From contig JAYQLI010000035.1 in NCBI GenBank assembly GCA_038143065.1, forward strand, positions 2,144,894 to 2,208,893: DNA of 64,000 nt. The letters run 5' to 3'. Shown in pieces: positions 45,025 through 56,001 of the stretch. The translations under genes and the position numbers were made by a program. Source of the DNA: Rhodospirillales bacterium. GTDB lineage: Bacteria; Pseudomonadota; Alphaproteobacteria; Bin95. Under the pieces are notes generated by a model. That model did no database searches. It saw only the letters and a program-made list of their open reading frames with translations, and was not told where the DNA came from. Positions within the stretch are counted from its first letter, which is position 1; the number at the start of each line of letters is the position of its first letter.

Positions 45025-46142
45025 TTAACGAATTTGTGAAGAATTCGCAGCATCAATCGCTTCAGGTAGAGCCCTTTCAAATGCGGCCAAGTTTTCTGGG
45101 AGACCTGCACTGACTCGAATACAGCGATCTTGAGGCGCTGCAAACGGCATCCGGACAAAAATACCTCTGGCGACAAGTTCATTCAAAATGGCACGCGCAA
45201 AAGCGCCGTCTCTACCGCAGTCTATGGCGACAAAGTTGGCTGCACTGTCCAGGGGTTGGAGATTATTTGCAGCGGCGATGCGCCCAATCTCAGAGCGGGA
45301 TGTTTCAACTAGTTTTCTTACATTGAGTAGCCAGTTTTGATCCCGCACCGAGGCAAGAGCGCCAGCCTGGGCGATACTGTTCACACCAAAGTGGTTACGT
45401 ACTTTATTGAATGCTAAAGCCAGCCCTGCCTCGGCAATTCCATAGCCTACTCTCGCACCAGCCACACCAAAGGCTTTAGAAAATGTGCGGAACCTAATAA
45501 CCCGCGGGTTGTCTACATCGATGGGAGGCGCCGTTAACTCTGGAGCAAACTCAATGTAGGCTTCATCAAGGCAAAGGATTGAGCCTTCTGGCACTGCGTC
45601 AATCATTGTTTGAACGGAATTTGCGTTATGCGAACTTCCCATTGGGTTATCTGGATTAGCTAGGTAAATTAGTGCTGCAGAGTTTGCCATAGATGCAGCA
45701 AGTAAGGCTTCGAGATCTTCTTTGTCGTCTTTGTAGGGCACTAATTCTAGTCGCCCCCAAAGCCTGCTACGTGATAATTAAAGGTCGGATATGCCCCTAG
45801 CGAAGTTACTACTGGGGTCTGCTCAGAGACCGTCAACCTAACTAGATTTCCCAAAAGAGCATCAATACCCTCGCCAACTACGATGTTATCGGGCCGTACT
45901 CCATGCAACTTGGCCAACTCTTGCTTCAGGTCATAATTCTCAGGGTCGCAATAACGCCAGACTTCTGAAGCAGCTAGCCGCATGGCTTCCAAAGCTTTAG
46001 GTGATGGGCCAAATACGCTTTCATTAGCTCCTATACGAGCTTGAAATGGGTTGCCTATTTGCCGTTCCTGAGTTTCAGGTCCAACGAACGGCACGGTTGA
46101 GGGCAATGATGCAGTCAGTGATGTGAATGGATAGTTTTGCAT
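45025..46142 (-). CDS. PLP-dependent aminotransferase class I/II (HisC-like), frameshifted
   Basis: RIGANESVFGPSP, ANPDNPMG, LDEAY, RTFSKAFG.AG.RVGY. Confidence 0.88.
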
Positions 46143-46225
46143 CTATGGCCTTAGATTGGCTGAAATTTAGACTGGTTTATCGCAGCCGATAGAGCCGCTA
46201 AACTTTAACCCTAGCTATATCAAAA

Positions 46226-46561
46226 TCATGGCTCACCTGGAGCTGGATCAAAATGTTCTTCTAGTTTGTTTTTAACGTCCACCCAGTCATCCGCATCGGA
46301 GGGACTGTCTCCTTTTCGGGTGATGTTAGGCCAAGACTCTGAGTAGTCTCTGTTAAACTCTACCCATTTCTCTGCCCCTACTTCCGTATCAGGCTTGATA
46401 GCTTCAATCGGACATTCTGGCTCGCACACACCACAGTCAATACATTCGTCGGGATGGATCACAAGCATATTTGCGCCGACGTAGAAGCAGTCTACAGGGC
46501 ATACTTCCACGCAATCCATGTATTTGCACTTAATGCAGTTATCTGTGACGACGTAGGTCAT
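46226..46561 (-). CDS. fdxA: 7Fe ferredoxin
   Basis: [38 protein letters not shown]. Confidence 0.95.
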   Translation of the reverse strand: MTYVVTDNCIKCKYMDCVEVCPVDCFYVGANMLVIHPDECIDCGVCEPECPIEAIKPDTEVGAEKWVEFNRDYSESWPNITRKGDSPSDADDWVDVKNKLEEHFDPAPGEP

Positions 46562-46718
46562 TGGCTGCTAGCTTCCTAAAGTATGAGAATTAACTTTACA
46601 GGCGGTATATCGCGACCAGAACTTGCAATCAATCAAAGTTGCGTCCGAAAAGTTTGGCCATTCAGAAGCAATAAATTATCCTCACGGCGACTCACAAGTC
46701 CATGGAGACAAAATCCCG

Positions 46719-47765
46719 ATGCCAAAAGCTTTCTTGACAACCGTTGTAGGATCAATGCCGAAGCGGCCCTGGCTTATGAGAGATAGAATAGCCTTGGATG
46801 GTAAAAAGGACCATTTTGGCAAGGGCCCCGAGTGGGTTTTGGAGGGCGCAGCACTTTCCGAAGCACAAGATGATGCTGTACGCGTCGTTGTCTCTCAGCA
46901 AGAGCAAGCAGGGATCGATATTATATCCGATGGGGAGCAACGTCGGACTAATTATGTAACGACTGTAGTTAGAGGCTTGGATGGTTTTGACTTCGAATCA
47001 TTAAAGGAAAAAACCATGCGAGCCGGCCGTCGCAAAGTAATGGCTGCTCGCTGCATCGGAGAGATAAAACATACCAGGCCTTTAGTTGTTGACGATGTAA
47101 AATTTCTTAAAAGCGTCACAAATCGTAAAATCAAAGCAACCTTGCCAGCACCCATGACGATTGTGGACAGTATTAATAACGACTTCTACGGTGATCCTAA
47201 GTCTTTCGCTTTTGCATGGGCAGAGGAAATTAATAAAGAGGCAAGGCTTTTAGAGGCGGCTGGTGCCGATGTTATCCAGTTTGATGAGCCAGTTTTCTCT
47301 CGTTATCCGGACGAAGCGGCAGATTGGGGTATTGAAGCGCTTGATCGTTGCGTCGACGGCCTATCTGTAACAACAGCAGTGCATATTTGTTACGGATATC
47401 CCCAACCTGGCTTGGAACGGCCTATACCTGACGCCTATCCAACAGTTGTTGCCGCGCTTGAGCGCTCTAAAATTGATCAACTTGCCTTGGAGTTTGAGGG
47501 TTCAAAACTCAATCCAGAAATTTTGAAATTATGCCCAACAAAGACAGTTTTGTTTGGCTGTGTTTTCAATTCTGATGGAGTGATGGAGACCGCTGAACAT
47601 GTTGCAGACAGACTGTTAAAAGCGGCCGAAGCCTTGTCGCCAGAACAGATCCAGGCGGCTCCTGATTGTGGTCTTGCGCCAATGTCACCTGCTAAGGCTT
47701 TTCAGAAGTTAAAGGTAATGTGTGAAGGAGCAGCGCTTGCTCGGAAGCGTGCAGGTTTGGAATAG
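46719..47765 (+). CDS. Cobalamin-independent methionine synthase II family (single-barrel MetE-like)
   Basis: TTVVGS, DGEQRR, IQFDEP, HICYG, PDCG Zn ligands; no N-terminal barrel. Confidence 0.85.
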   Translation: MPKAFLTTVVGSMPKRPWLMRDRIALDGKKDHFGKGPEWVLEGAALSEAQDDAVRVVVSQQEQAGIDIISDGEQRRTNYVTTVVRGLDGFDFESLKEKTMRAGRRKVMAARCIGEIKHTRPLVVDDVKFLKSVTNRKIKATLPAPMTIVDSINNDFYGDPKSFAFAWAEEINKEARLLEAAGADVIQFDEPVFSRYPDEAADWGIEALDRCVDGLSVTTAVHICYGYPQPGLERPIPDAYPTVVAALERSKIDQLALEFEGSKLNPEILKLCPTKTVLFGCVFNSDGVMETAEHVADRLLKAAEALSPEQIQAAPDCGLAPMSPAKAFQKLKVMCEGAALARKRAGLE

Positions 47766-47777
47766 GAGGGTCAAAAG

Positions 47778-48959
47778 TTGCCTATTATAAATCGCATAGC
47801 CGAACTGAAGGAGGAAATGACCGAGTGGCGTCGAGAAATGCATATGCATCCCGAGACAGCTTTTGAAGAGGAGTGGACGAGCGCGTTTATACTCAGACGC
47901 CTAGAGACCTTTGGTATGGACGAAATTCATACTGGCATCGCTAAAACAGGCATTGTCGCAGTTTTGAAGGGTCAAGAAGAGGGACCGGCAATAGGTCTGC
48001 GTGCTGACTTTGATGCGCTTGAAATCCTTGAATTAAATGACGTTTCCTACAAATCAAAAATCCCGGGCAAAATGCATGCATGTGGTCATGATGGCCACAC
48101 TGCGATGCTCCTTAGGGCAGCCAAATACATGGCTGAAACGAGAAATTTTCGGGGAACAGTATATTTCATTTTCCAACCTGCGGAGGAGAATGAGGGCGGC
48201 GGTCGAGTGATGGTGGAGGACGGTCTTTTTGATCGGTTTCCGATGACAGCTGTTTATGGCATGCATAATTCACCAGGTGTGCCGATTGGCCATATCACTA
48301 TGGGATCCGGCCCAATGATGGCAGGGTACGACATATTCGAAATAATAATTGATGGTTATGGTACCCACGCGGCCCGTCCGCATCAGGGCGTTGATCCTGT
48401 GATCATTCAGGCGCAAATTGTTATGGCACTGCAAACGATTGCTTCAAGGCAAACTGATGCATTGGACAGTGTGGTCCTTTCTATTACGCAGGTACACGGA
48501 GGTGACACCTGGAACGTGATACCGCAGCAGGTCATCCTCAGAGGCACGGTGAGGTGTTTTTCCCCCCAGGTCCAAGACCTGGTTGAAGACAAAATGCGAA
48601 AGCAATGTGCGGCAATTGCCCAGGCTTTTGATGCAAATGTCACCGTCAATTATGAACGTCGCTACCCACCAACGATCAATGATCCGGAACAAACAAAATT
48701 TTGTGCTGAGGTGGCTTGTGATCTTGCAGGCCCAGATAACGTGAACACTAATGCTCGACCAGTGATGGGATCAGAGGATTTTTCATTTATGTTACAGGAA
48801 AAGCCTGGGTGTTACATACGTATGGGCAATGGAGGGCCAGGTGAATTTGGATCTGTTGTTGTTCATAATCCACGATATGATTTTAATGACGATGCGTTGC
48901 CGTGGGGGGCTAGCTATTGGGCGCAGCTTGTAGAAAAGGCTCTGCCACGGCAAAAGTAA
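47778..48959 (+). CDS. M20 family amidohydrolase (hippurate hydrolase-like)
   Basis: HPETAFEE, LRADFDAL, MHACGHDGH, FQPAEE, GSEDFS. Confidence 0.92.
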   Translation: MPIINRIAELKEEMTEWRREMHMHPETAFEEEWTSAFILRRLETFGMDEIHTGIAKTGIVAVLKGQEEGPAIGLRADFDALEILELNDVSYKSKIPGKMHACGHDGHTAMLLRAAKYMAETRNFRGTVYFIFQPAEENEGGGRVMVEDGLFDRFPMTAVYGMHNSPGVPIGHITMGSGPMMAGYDIFEIIIDGYGTHAARPHQGVDPVIIQAQIVMALQTIASRQTDALDSVVLSITQVHGGDTWNVIPQQVILRGTVRCFSPQVQDLVEDKMRKQCAAIAQAFDANVTVNYERRYPPTINDPEQTKFCAEVACDLAGPDNVNTNARPVMGSEDFSFMLQEKPGCYIRMGNGGPGEFGSVVVHNPRYDFNDDALPWGASYWAQLVEKALPRQK

Positions 48960-49118
48960 AAAAGCTATCGTCAGCTGAAATTGGTTGATGTTTTCAACCA
49001 AGAAAAAGGTTGGCTTTGTCAGTTAAAATTCGTCGAGGGGATCAAGCTCCGAGTTACCTGCAGCAATAGCCTTAGAATAGAAACCTAGGATAATTAAAAA
49101 GCTTTAAGGGATAAATCA

Positions 49119-49495
49119 ATGCCTATTTCTAAAGAACATCTTGAGTTTGTTGTTCCTGATATGAGCGAAGGTTGGGAGACCCCTGCAGGATATCCCGTGG
49201 GTATCAAACAGAAAATTCTTGCTGGATCTCTCGATGATATAAAGAAATCAGGTAGCCGTACCCGGCTTCTGCGTTTTGATCCAGGTGTTTTCACAACAGA
49301 GCCATTTGTGCATGAACACTGGGAAGAGGTATATGTCCTCTCAGGAGATCTTTGGGTTGGCAATGATCAGCAAGGCAATGGCGGTAGAAAGTGTGATCGA
49401 ATACTTACGCTTGCCGACCGCCAGGAGCTTATCATGGTCCCTTTAAGTCTGAGGGCGGCTGCATGCTTCTTGAAATCCATTATTACGATTCATAG
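49119..49495 (+). CDS. Cupin domain protein (ChrR-like), frameshifted
   Basis: RTRLLRF.PG, HEHWEEVYVLSG, RPPG..HGPF in the shifted frame. Confidence 0.78.
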
Positions 49496-49537
49496 CCAGT
49501 GCTATGTGAGCTGAGTAAGATGGCACTGAAAAAGAAC

Positions 49538-50740
49538 CTAGAGGCTAAATACGGCGCCTGAATCTAAGCCCTTGCGTATTTCATCATCTGAAAAACCAAA
49601 CTTAGCCAAGATTTCTTCTGTATTTGCCCCCTTAGCAGGGGCTGGGTATCGTGTTTCAGCATAAGCTCCATTCAGTTTTATGGGCGTTCCCATAGCAAGC
49701 GGTGCGTTAGGCGCCATTGTCTCTACTATAGGTAGCCAACTTGTAATTGCAGTGTCAGATGCAACGTCACCAAAGTCATTAATTGGTCCGGCAAGAATGT
49801 CAGCAGCTTGTAGCCTCTCTATCCACTCTTTTGCTGAGGCTGAAGCTAGCATTGGCTCAATTATTTCATCAATTTTCTTCCGATTTGCTACCCGATTAGC
49901 GTTAGTTCGATATCTTGGATCATCAATCAAGGGTTCTAGTCCCATCACACCGCAAAATTTAGCCCAGTGGGAGTCTCTCAGAATAGCTATAGAGATATAT
50001 CGACCATCGCCTGCTCTGTAAGCACCAGCTGGTGCGAGGTTCATATTCGAATTTCCTTGCCTTTTAGGAGGAACGCCAGAAGCAAGGAAACGTGTGTAGC
50101 CTGCGGTCATCATTCCCAGCGCTGCAGCCATAAGGCTTATCTCAATATTTGCACCGCCGTTACCTGATAAGCGATTATAAAGTGCAAGAAGAATTCCCTG
50201 CACGGCAGCATTGCCGGCGGCCATATCTATTAGCGGAAAACCCACTCTTGTAGGAGGGCCATTTGGTTCACCAACCAGGCTCATCAGCCCACTCATAGCC
50301 TGAATAATTGTATCGCTTGCAGGCTGTTGCGCGTAAGGACCTTCCAATCCAAAGCCTGAAATAATGCAATAAATCAAATTAGGATTTATGGATTGGCAGT
50401 TGGAGTAATCGAAACCTAATTTTGCCATCACACCGGGGCGATAATTAGAGATCAAAATATCTGCCTGGCTGATCATACGAGAGAGAATTTTGGCCCCGTC
50501 CGCTGTTCCTGCATTTAGGCCAATATTTCGCTTGTTTCGGTTCAGAGAAATAAACTGTCCATTCTCTTGCCCATCCACTTCGTTGTGGTCTGCAGGGCGG
50601 GACCAATCACCAGCCGGCCTTTCAACCTTAATTACATCGGCTCCCATATCAGCAAGAGCCATGGCGGCATAGGGGCCTGCAACACCCTCTGTCATGTCTA
50701 TGACGGAAATTTTTTCTAGGATTCCGTGGCCTATTTTCAT
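49538..50740 (-). CDS. Class III CoA-transferase (CaiB/BaiF)
   Basis: AGPY...LADMGADVIKVE, NRNK, NYRPG, SGFG..GPY, QAMSG. Confidence 0.92.
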   Translation of the reverse strand: MKIGHGILEKISVIDMTEGVAGPYAAMALADMGADVIKVERPAGDWSRPADHNEVDGQENGQFISLNRNKRNIGLNAGTADGAKILSRMISQADILISNYRPGVMAKLGFDYSNCQSINPNLIYCIISGFGLEGPYAQQPASDTIIQAMSGLMSLVGEPNGPPTRVGFPLIDMAAGNAAVQGILLALYNRLSGNGGANIEISLMAAALGMMTAGYTRFLASGVPPKRQGNSNMNLAPAGAYRAGDGRYISIAILRDSHWAKFCGVMGLEPLIDDPRYRTNANRVANRKKIDEIIEPMLASASAKEWIERLQAADILAGPINDFGDVASDTAITSWLPIVETMAPNAPLAMGTPIKLNGAYAETRYPAPAKGANTEEILAKFGFSDDEIRKGLDSGAVFSL

Positions 50741-50908
50741 TTTATTCTCTCTTTTTAGGGGTGCCAGCTTGAATTTGGCCTAGTATAACACCTAACATAA
50801 GAAGTTAAGAATTTAGGAGTCCGCATACCGTCCACATATCCAGGATAATGGAGGCGTGGGTTTGGGAGCGACAATTGATCAACTGCTAACTAGTTAGGAA
50901 GCAACGGC

Positions 50909-53167
50909 ATGGACGCGGTAACGCAAGATAACAAATGGATTGGTAAAAGCACGATCCGTCCCGACGGCGTCGATAAAGTTACGGGCATGGCCCGTTACGG
51001 TGCAGACGGAGATATGCCCGGTATGGTTTGGGGAAAGGTTCTGCGCAGTCCCCATGCTCACGCAAAAATTAAGTCAATCGACACATCTGCCGCGGAAGCG
51101 ATGAAGGGTGTGTTGGCTGTTATGACTGGTGATGACCTCCCAGTTCTCCCGCTTGATATCCCGCGCCCGATGGGTCCACAGGATCTTCGTTGGGTTTGTC
51201 GCAATACTATTGCTCATGACAAAACCATGTATGTGGGCCATGCTGTGGCGGCAATTGCAGCTACTTCTCAACCAATTGCAGAAGCGGCTCTTGCTGCCAT
51301 AAAGGTAGACTATGAAGTTCTACCTCATGTGGTTGAAATTGAAGACGCCATAAAAGAAGACGCGCCTATCGTACACGATTGGATCCGCACGTCTGGCGTA
51401 GAGCCAGCACCTCAAAAACCGTCAAATATAGCTTCGGTTCTTACAGAGAAGGCAGGCGATGTTGAGGCAGGCTTTGCTGCCGCCGAAGTTATAATTGAGA
51501 GGACTTTCAAAACAGCCGCTGTTCACCAAGCTTACATTGAGCCGCATGCATGCACGGTCCATTACGGAAAGGATGGACAATCGACAATTTGGTCGAGTAG
51601 CCAGGGACAATTCATGGTCCGTTACGTAACTTCTGTGCTAACTGGCATGGCAGTCGGTGACATTAAGGCAATTCCAGCAGAGATCGGTGGTGGTTTCGGT
51701 GGTAAGACCATTGTTTATCTCGAGCCTCTGGCAATGGTGCTCTCAAAGAAGTGTGGGCGCCCTGTGAAGATGCAGATGTCTCGCGAGGAAGTATTCCGTG
51801 CGACTGGTCCAACTTCTGGCTCCGTAAGCCATATTAAGCTGGGCGTTTCTAAAGAGGGAAAGATAACGGCTGTCGAGACCGACTACTATTATCAAGCAGG
51901 AGCTTGGCCTGGGTCTCCAGTAGCCAGAGCAGTGTATTTCCCATATTCCAGTTATAAGATTGATAATGCAGTAGTTCGCGGTTTTGACGTCGTGTCGAAC
52001 CGCCAAAAAGTTAATGCTTACCGTGCTCCAGGAGCGCCTGGGGGCAACTATCCTCTTGAATGCGCGCTTGATGAGGCAGCCGATAAGCTTGGTATAGATC
52101 CTCTCGAATTGCGTAAAAAGAATATGATTGGGGCAGATGAACCAACTTTCTTTGGCGCAAAGATTGGCACTCACGGCATGTTGGAATGTATTGAGGCGAT
52201 TGAGCAACATCCTAATGCCAAGATCCCTCTTGGTCCGAACCAAGGTCGTGGGGTTGCTGTTGGCTACTGGGGTAATGCTGGTGGCGAATCCAGTGCTCAG
52301 CTTCATATCAACGAAGATGGGACAGCCCTTGTTATCTCTGGCCATCCAGATGTAGGTGGTAGCCGGGCATCTATGGTCAATATTGCTGCAGAGCTTTTGG
52401 GGATAGACTACCGCAAAGTTCGAGCTCAGATCGGAGATACCAATGCGGTTGGCATAAGTGCTGTCACCGGCGGAAGTCGCGTAACGTTTGCGTCGGGTAT
52501 GGCTGTCAACCAGGCTACACGTAAAGTCATCGACGTGTTGCGTTCTAGAGCTGCTGCAAAGTGGGGCATTGATGTTGAGGCCGTGGAGTGGGCAGATGGC
52601 GAAGCTCGCCCAGCCGGTCAAAATGCGGGCGAGTTTGATCCTCTTACACTTGAAGATATTGCCGGTGCTGGTGGAGAGCCTATTGCAGCGTCAGTATCGA
52701 TCAATGCAACAGGTCATCAGGGTTCATTCGCAGCCCAAATGGTTGATGTGGAGGTTGATCCAGAAACTGGGCATGTGAAGGTTCTTCGTTTCACCGCCTC
52801 ACAGGATGTGGGACGCGCGATCCATCCGGACTATTGTGCAGGTCAGATCCAGGGCGGAGTTGTTCAAGGTATTGGTTGGGCTCTTAATGAAGAGTACATC
52901 TATGCAAAGAACGGTGATGTCGATAACGCGGGCTTCCTTGATTACCGAATTCCGGTTGCCAGTGATCTTCCTAACATCACCCCAATAATGGTCGAGGTGC
53001 CAAACGATAAGCACCCATACGGCGTTAAGGGTGTTGGTGAAACCACTATCGTACCTCCTCTGGCCGCTATCGCGAATGCGGTTTCGCATGCGATCGGTCG
53101 TCGGATGACGGAGCTTCCAATGGCACCACCTAAAGTTCTGGCGGCCATAAGTGCTTCAGAAGATTAA
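50909..53167 (+). CDS. Xanthine dehydrogenase family molybdopterin-binding (large) subunit
   Basis: LRSPHAHA, HQAYIEP, GGGFGGK, AYRAPG, GQIQGG, KGVGE. Confidence 0.92.
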   Translation: MDAVTQDNKWIGKSTIRPDGVDKVTGMARYGADGDMPGMVWGKVLRSPHAHAKIKSIDTSAAEAMKGVLAVMTGDDLPVLPLDIPRPMGPQDLRWVCRNTIAHDKTMYVGHAVAAIAATSQPIAEAALAAIKVDYEVLPHVVEIEDAIKEDAPIVHDWIRTSGVEPAPQKPSNIASVLTEKAGDVEAGFAAAEVIIERTFKTAAVHQAYIEPHACTVHYGKDGQSTIWSSSQGQFMVRYVTSVLTGMAVGDIKAIPAEIGGGFGGKTIVYLEPLAMVLSKKCGRPVKMQMSREEVFRATGPTSGSVSHIKLGVSKEGKITAVETDYYYQAGAWPGSPVARAVYFPYSSYKIDNAVVRGFDVVSNRQKVNAYRAPGAPGGNYPLECALDEAADKLGIDPLELRKKNMIGADEPTFFGAKIGTHGMLECIEAIEQHPNAKIPLGPNQGRGVAVGYWGNAGGESSAQLHINEDGTALVISGHPDVGGSRASMVNIAAELLGIDYRKVRAQIGDTNAVGISAVTGGSRVTFASGMAVNQATRKVIDVLRSRAAAKWGIDVEAVEWADGEARPAGQNAGEFDPLTLEDIAGAGGEPIAASVSINATGHQGSFAAQMVDVEVDPETGHVKVLRFTASQDVGRAIHPDYCAGQIQGGVVQGIGWALNEEYIYAKNGDVDNAGFLDYRIPVASDLPNITPIMVEVPNDKHPYGVKGVGETTIVPPLAAIANAVSHAIGRRMTELPMAPPKVLAAISASED

Positions 53168-53194
53168 GACTTAAAAAGATACTAAATTATGCAG

Positions 53195-53232
53195 CGGCAG
53201 CGTCATTATTATGACGCTGCCGTTTTTCTTTT
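53195..53232 (+). terminator. Rho-independent terminator
   Basis: CGGCAGCGTCAT-loop-ATGACGCTGCCG followed by a T-tract. Confidence 0.85.
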
Positions 53233-53244
53233 CTCATCTAAATT

Positions 53245-54011
53245 TTATGTTCTTAGCACCGAGTAGGCGCGGCTTAGGACGCCAACCGAAGCAACTAATG
53301 AGAGATAATAAAAAAGCAATACCCCTACAAATACCAGGTATTGGCTACCTACCGCAGCCCCTAAGGCCGTCAAAGCCATAACAAGTATGGCTCCCAGGAA
53401 TCCTAGAGTTAACCAAGTTACAATTAACGCTTGTGCAATTTGCGCGGTATAACCCTTTACCAAACCCATTGCATCTACAAAACCTGTTTGGTTCCCTAAT
53501 GCAGCGGCCGGCATTGCTAAGCCAAGTTTAGCCCAAATGAAGGCATATCCACTGATCACAAAAACCGCGGTTATAATCATTCCAAATACAGAACTGGCCA
53601 TAAGCACAGGAGCAAAAATCTGGGTTACGATGTTAATGGCCATCATGCAAAGCCATATTGTTATAAGCCTCCCAAGGTACCGCCATTCACGAATATCCCA
53701 TCCAAAAAGGCGCCCATTTTCGCGTTGCACTTCACCAGTTACTAGAAGTCGATGCCAACCAGTAAATGCAGGCACCAGTGCTAACGTGGCGAAGAGTGAA
53801 CCGAAGCTCATGTGACCAATAATTGTCAGCAATTCTGATTCTAAACCTTTGCTGCTCTCCGAGGGGGAACTGCCAATCGAGCCATCACAGCAAAGAGTAC
53901 AAGGACCAGTAGTGAGGGAGTGCAAAGAGTTAGAAGTGTTCCAAAGCGGGTGAATAGATTACTCAGGGCATATCCCATAAGATCTCTTACACTTAGTGTT
54001 TTTTCAGCCAT
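53245..54011 (-). CDS. Hypothetical integral membrane protein, frameshifted
   Basis: Multiple TM segments; WHRLLVTGE pattern; N-terminus MAEKTLSV in another frame. Confidence 0.6.
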
Positions 54012-54098
54012 TTAATTAACTCTTCCTTGCTCTTCCACCGGGACGTCCCGCAGCAGAACGTTTATCTTATTTTTATAATGCTGGAGAAAACTTTGAAT

Positions 54099-54929
54099 AT
54101 GTCAAAAGCTGATCCTATCCCTGCAATTGCAGAAGCTGAAGCGACAGGAGAGATTAAGACCTTATATCAGGATATAAAGGAGGTTACAGGAGTTGGCGTA
54201 GTCAATCTTGTGTGGCGCTGCTTGGCAACTGTCCCAGGGGCATTGCCCTATGCCTGGAATATGGTTAGGCCTGCCTATGCGTCAGGTATTATTGCCGCTG
54301 AGGCTCATGCCTTTCGACGTGGGCTTCGACCACTAGATATGGCTCTAATTCCCAAAGCAGCACTTGCCGCTGCAGGGGTCGATAGCCTTGGGCTTTATAA
54401 CATAAGGGCGATTTTAGATTCTTATGACCGGACTAATGCAATGAATTTAGTCGGATTGAGCGCGCTACTTGCATGTTTGGATGGTGATAGTGGAGTAAAA
54501 CCTGTCTTATCCCAGTCGGTAAAAGAGCCAGCCCTCCCGTCTTTACCACCATTGCCATCTTTGGATGTGCTGGATCCTCAACTGCGTAGTCTCATCGAAA
54601 TATTAAATGACCTTGGCGAAACTGATGGTCGTGTCATTGCTAGTATGTATCGTCATCTTGCTTATTGGCCAGGTTATCTTGGCATTATATGGGCACAGCT
54701 TTCGTCATTAGCAGAAGATGGTCGGCTTGGGGCCGCAATTAGTGGCGCTAGAGCAGCCGGTCGTGCTCATGCTAATCAAATTGTTTCAGCTATGCCCGTT
54801 AGCGATAAAAGCCTTGAACCTGCAATTGAGCGTCACCTCAGAGACACTGTAATGCTCTTTACTGAGCATCCAATTGCAAAAATGAGTGCCATCTGTCGTG
54901 CGCTCGCAACTGTTACGCCTGCCCCTTAA
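54099..54929 (+). CDS. DehI (group I haloacid dehalogenase)-fold protein
   Basis: Internal duplication: EAEATGEIKTLYQDIK..RCLATVPGAL..AW and ..YRHLAYWPGYL..IW. Confidence 0.65.
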   Translation: MSKADPIPAIAEAEATGEIKTLYQDIKEVTGVGVVNLVWRCLATVPGALPYAWNMVRPAYASGIIAAEAHAFRRGLRPLDMALIPKAALAAAGVDSLGLYNIRAILDSYDRTNAMNLVGLSALLACLDGDSGVKPVLSQSVKEPALPSLPPLPSLDVLDPQLRSLIEILNDLGETDGRVIASMYRHLAYWPGYLGIIWAQLSSLAEDGRLGAAISGARAAGRAHANQIVSAMPVSDKSLEPAIERHLRDTVMLFTEHPIAKMSAICRALATVTPAP

Positions 54930-54946
54930 ATTTGCTGGAGAAAAAA

Positions 54947-55801
54947 ATGGAAGTCAGAACGCTAAATTCCGCAGTTGGTGCAGAAATTGTCGATTTGGAT
55001 ATCAACAACATCACTGAGGCCGAATTTGGTTGTCTCGTTGAGGCTTGGGACTCTCATGGCGGCCTTTTATTCCGAGATCAAAGACTTTCAAATGATGCTC
55101 TCGTAGAGTTTGCTGCTCGCTTTGGTGAACTAGAGGCTGCCCCCGTGATGGAAAATGGTCGCACTCCAGTGCCAGGGTACCCGGAAATATACGTCGTCTC
55201 TAATGTTCTTGGGGCAGATGGGAAGCCAATAGGAAGTTTAGGTGCGGGCGAGGCCGTTTGGCATACTGACATGTCTTATTTGGAAAACCCTCCAGATGCA
55301 TCCATGCTTTATGCTCTCGAAGTCCCGCCAACTGGAGGGGATACTTGGCTTGCCGGTATGTCAGCTGCTTACGAAGGTCTTCCGGATCAACTCAAAGTTG
55401 AAATTCGCGGCAAACGAATAAAACACGATGGTACCTTTAACTCCGGTGGGTTCAAGCGCGCGGGCGTAGAGGTTAGAGAGGATCCACGTGAAAGCATTGG
55501 CGCATATCACCCCATAGTTTGTGCGCATCCAAGAACAGGCCAACCAGCGCTGTATCTTGGCCGCCGAAGATTAGCTTATGTTGAAGGGTTGGAGCTTGCA
55601 GATTCCGAAGCTTTATTAGATCAGCTTTGGGCTCATGCGACGAAGCCAGAATATGTATTCTCTCACAGTTGGCGTGTGGGTGATCTTTTGATGTGGGATA
55701 ATCGTGCCACCCTTCATCGACGAGACCCTTTTGATGCTGATGCTCGAAGAATTATGCACCGCACTCAAATCAAGGGTGCCACAGCGCCCCTCGCAGCCTG
55801 A
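54947..55801 (+). CDS. TauD/TfdA family dioxygenase
   Basis: WHTDMSY, GGDT, HP.TG.PALY, WDNRATLHRR. Confidence 0.92.
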   Translation: MEVRTLNSAVGAEIVDLDINNITEAEFGCLVEAWDSHGGLLFRDQRLSNDALVEFAARFGELEAAPVMENGRTPVPGYPEIYVVSNVLGADGKPIGSLGAGEAVWHTDMSYLENPPDASMLYALEVPPTGGDTWLAGMSAAYEGLPDQLKVEIRGKRIKHDGTFNSGGFKRAGVEVREDPRESIGAYHPIVCAHPRTGQPALYLGRRRLAYVEGLELADSEALLDQLWAHATKPEYVFSHSWRVGDLLMWDNRATLHRRDPFDADARRIMHRTQIKGATAPLAA

Positions 55802-56001
55802 ATTTAAAGCTGGGTTTAATTTATGAAAAATGAATCTTTTTTCCGTTTCTTAAAATGTGAGTGCTGGTAAAATTTCAGTAGCTCAACAGCAAGTGTGTTT
55901 TCCATTAACTACATGAATATATTTAAAATTTTGATTAATTTTGAGGAATTCTTTGTTCAGGATGGTGTGACGGCTACAATTCAGGCTATAAAACGATTCT
56001 G

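Noticed and set aside
51743-52621. 292-aa minus-strand ORF and similar antisense ORFs in dnaK, hslU and the helicase
   Set aside because: They lie wholly opposite well-supported genes and show no recognisable motifs
50909-53167. Aerobic CO dehydrogenase CoxL
   Set aside because: Active-site loop is AYRAPG, not AYxCSFR (form I) or AYxGAGR (form II); no coxMS
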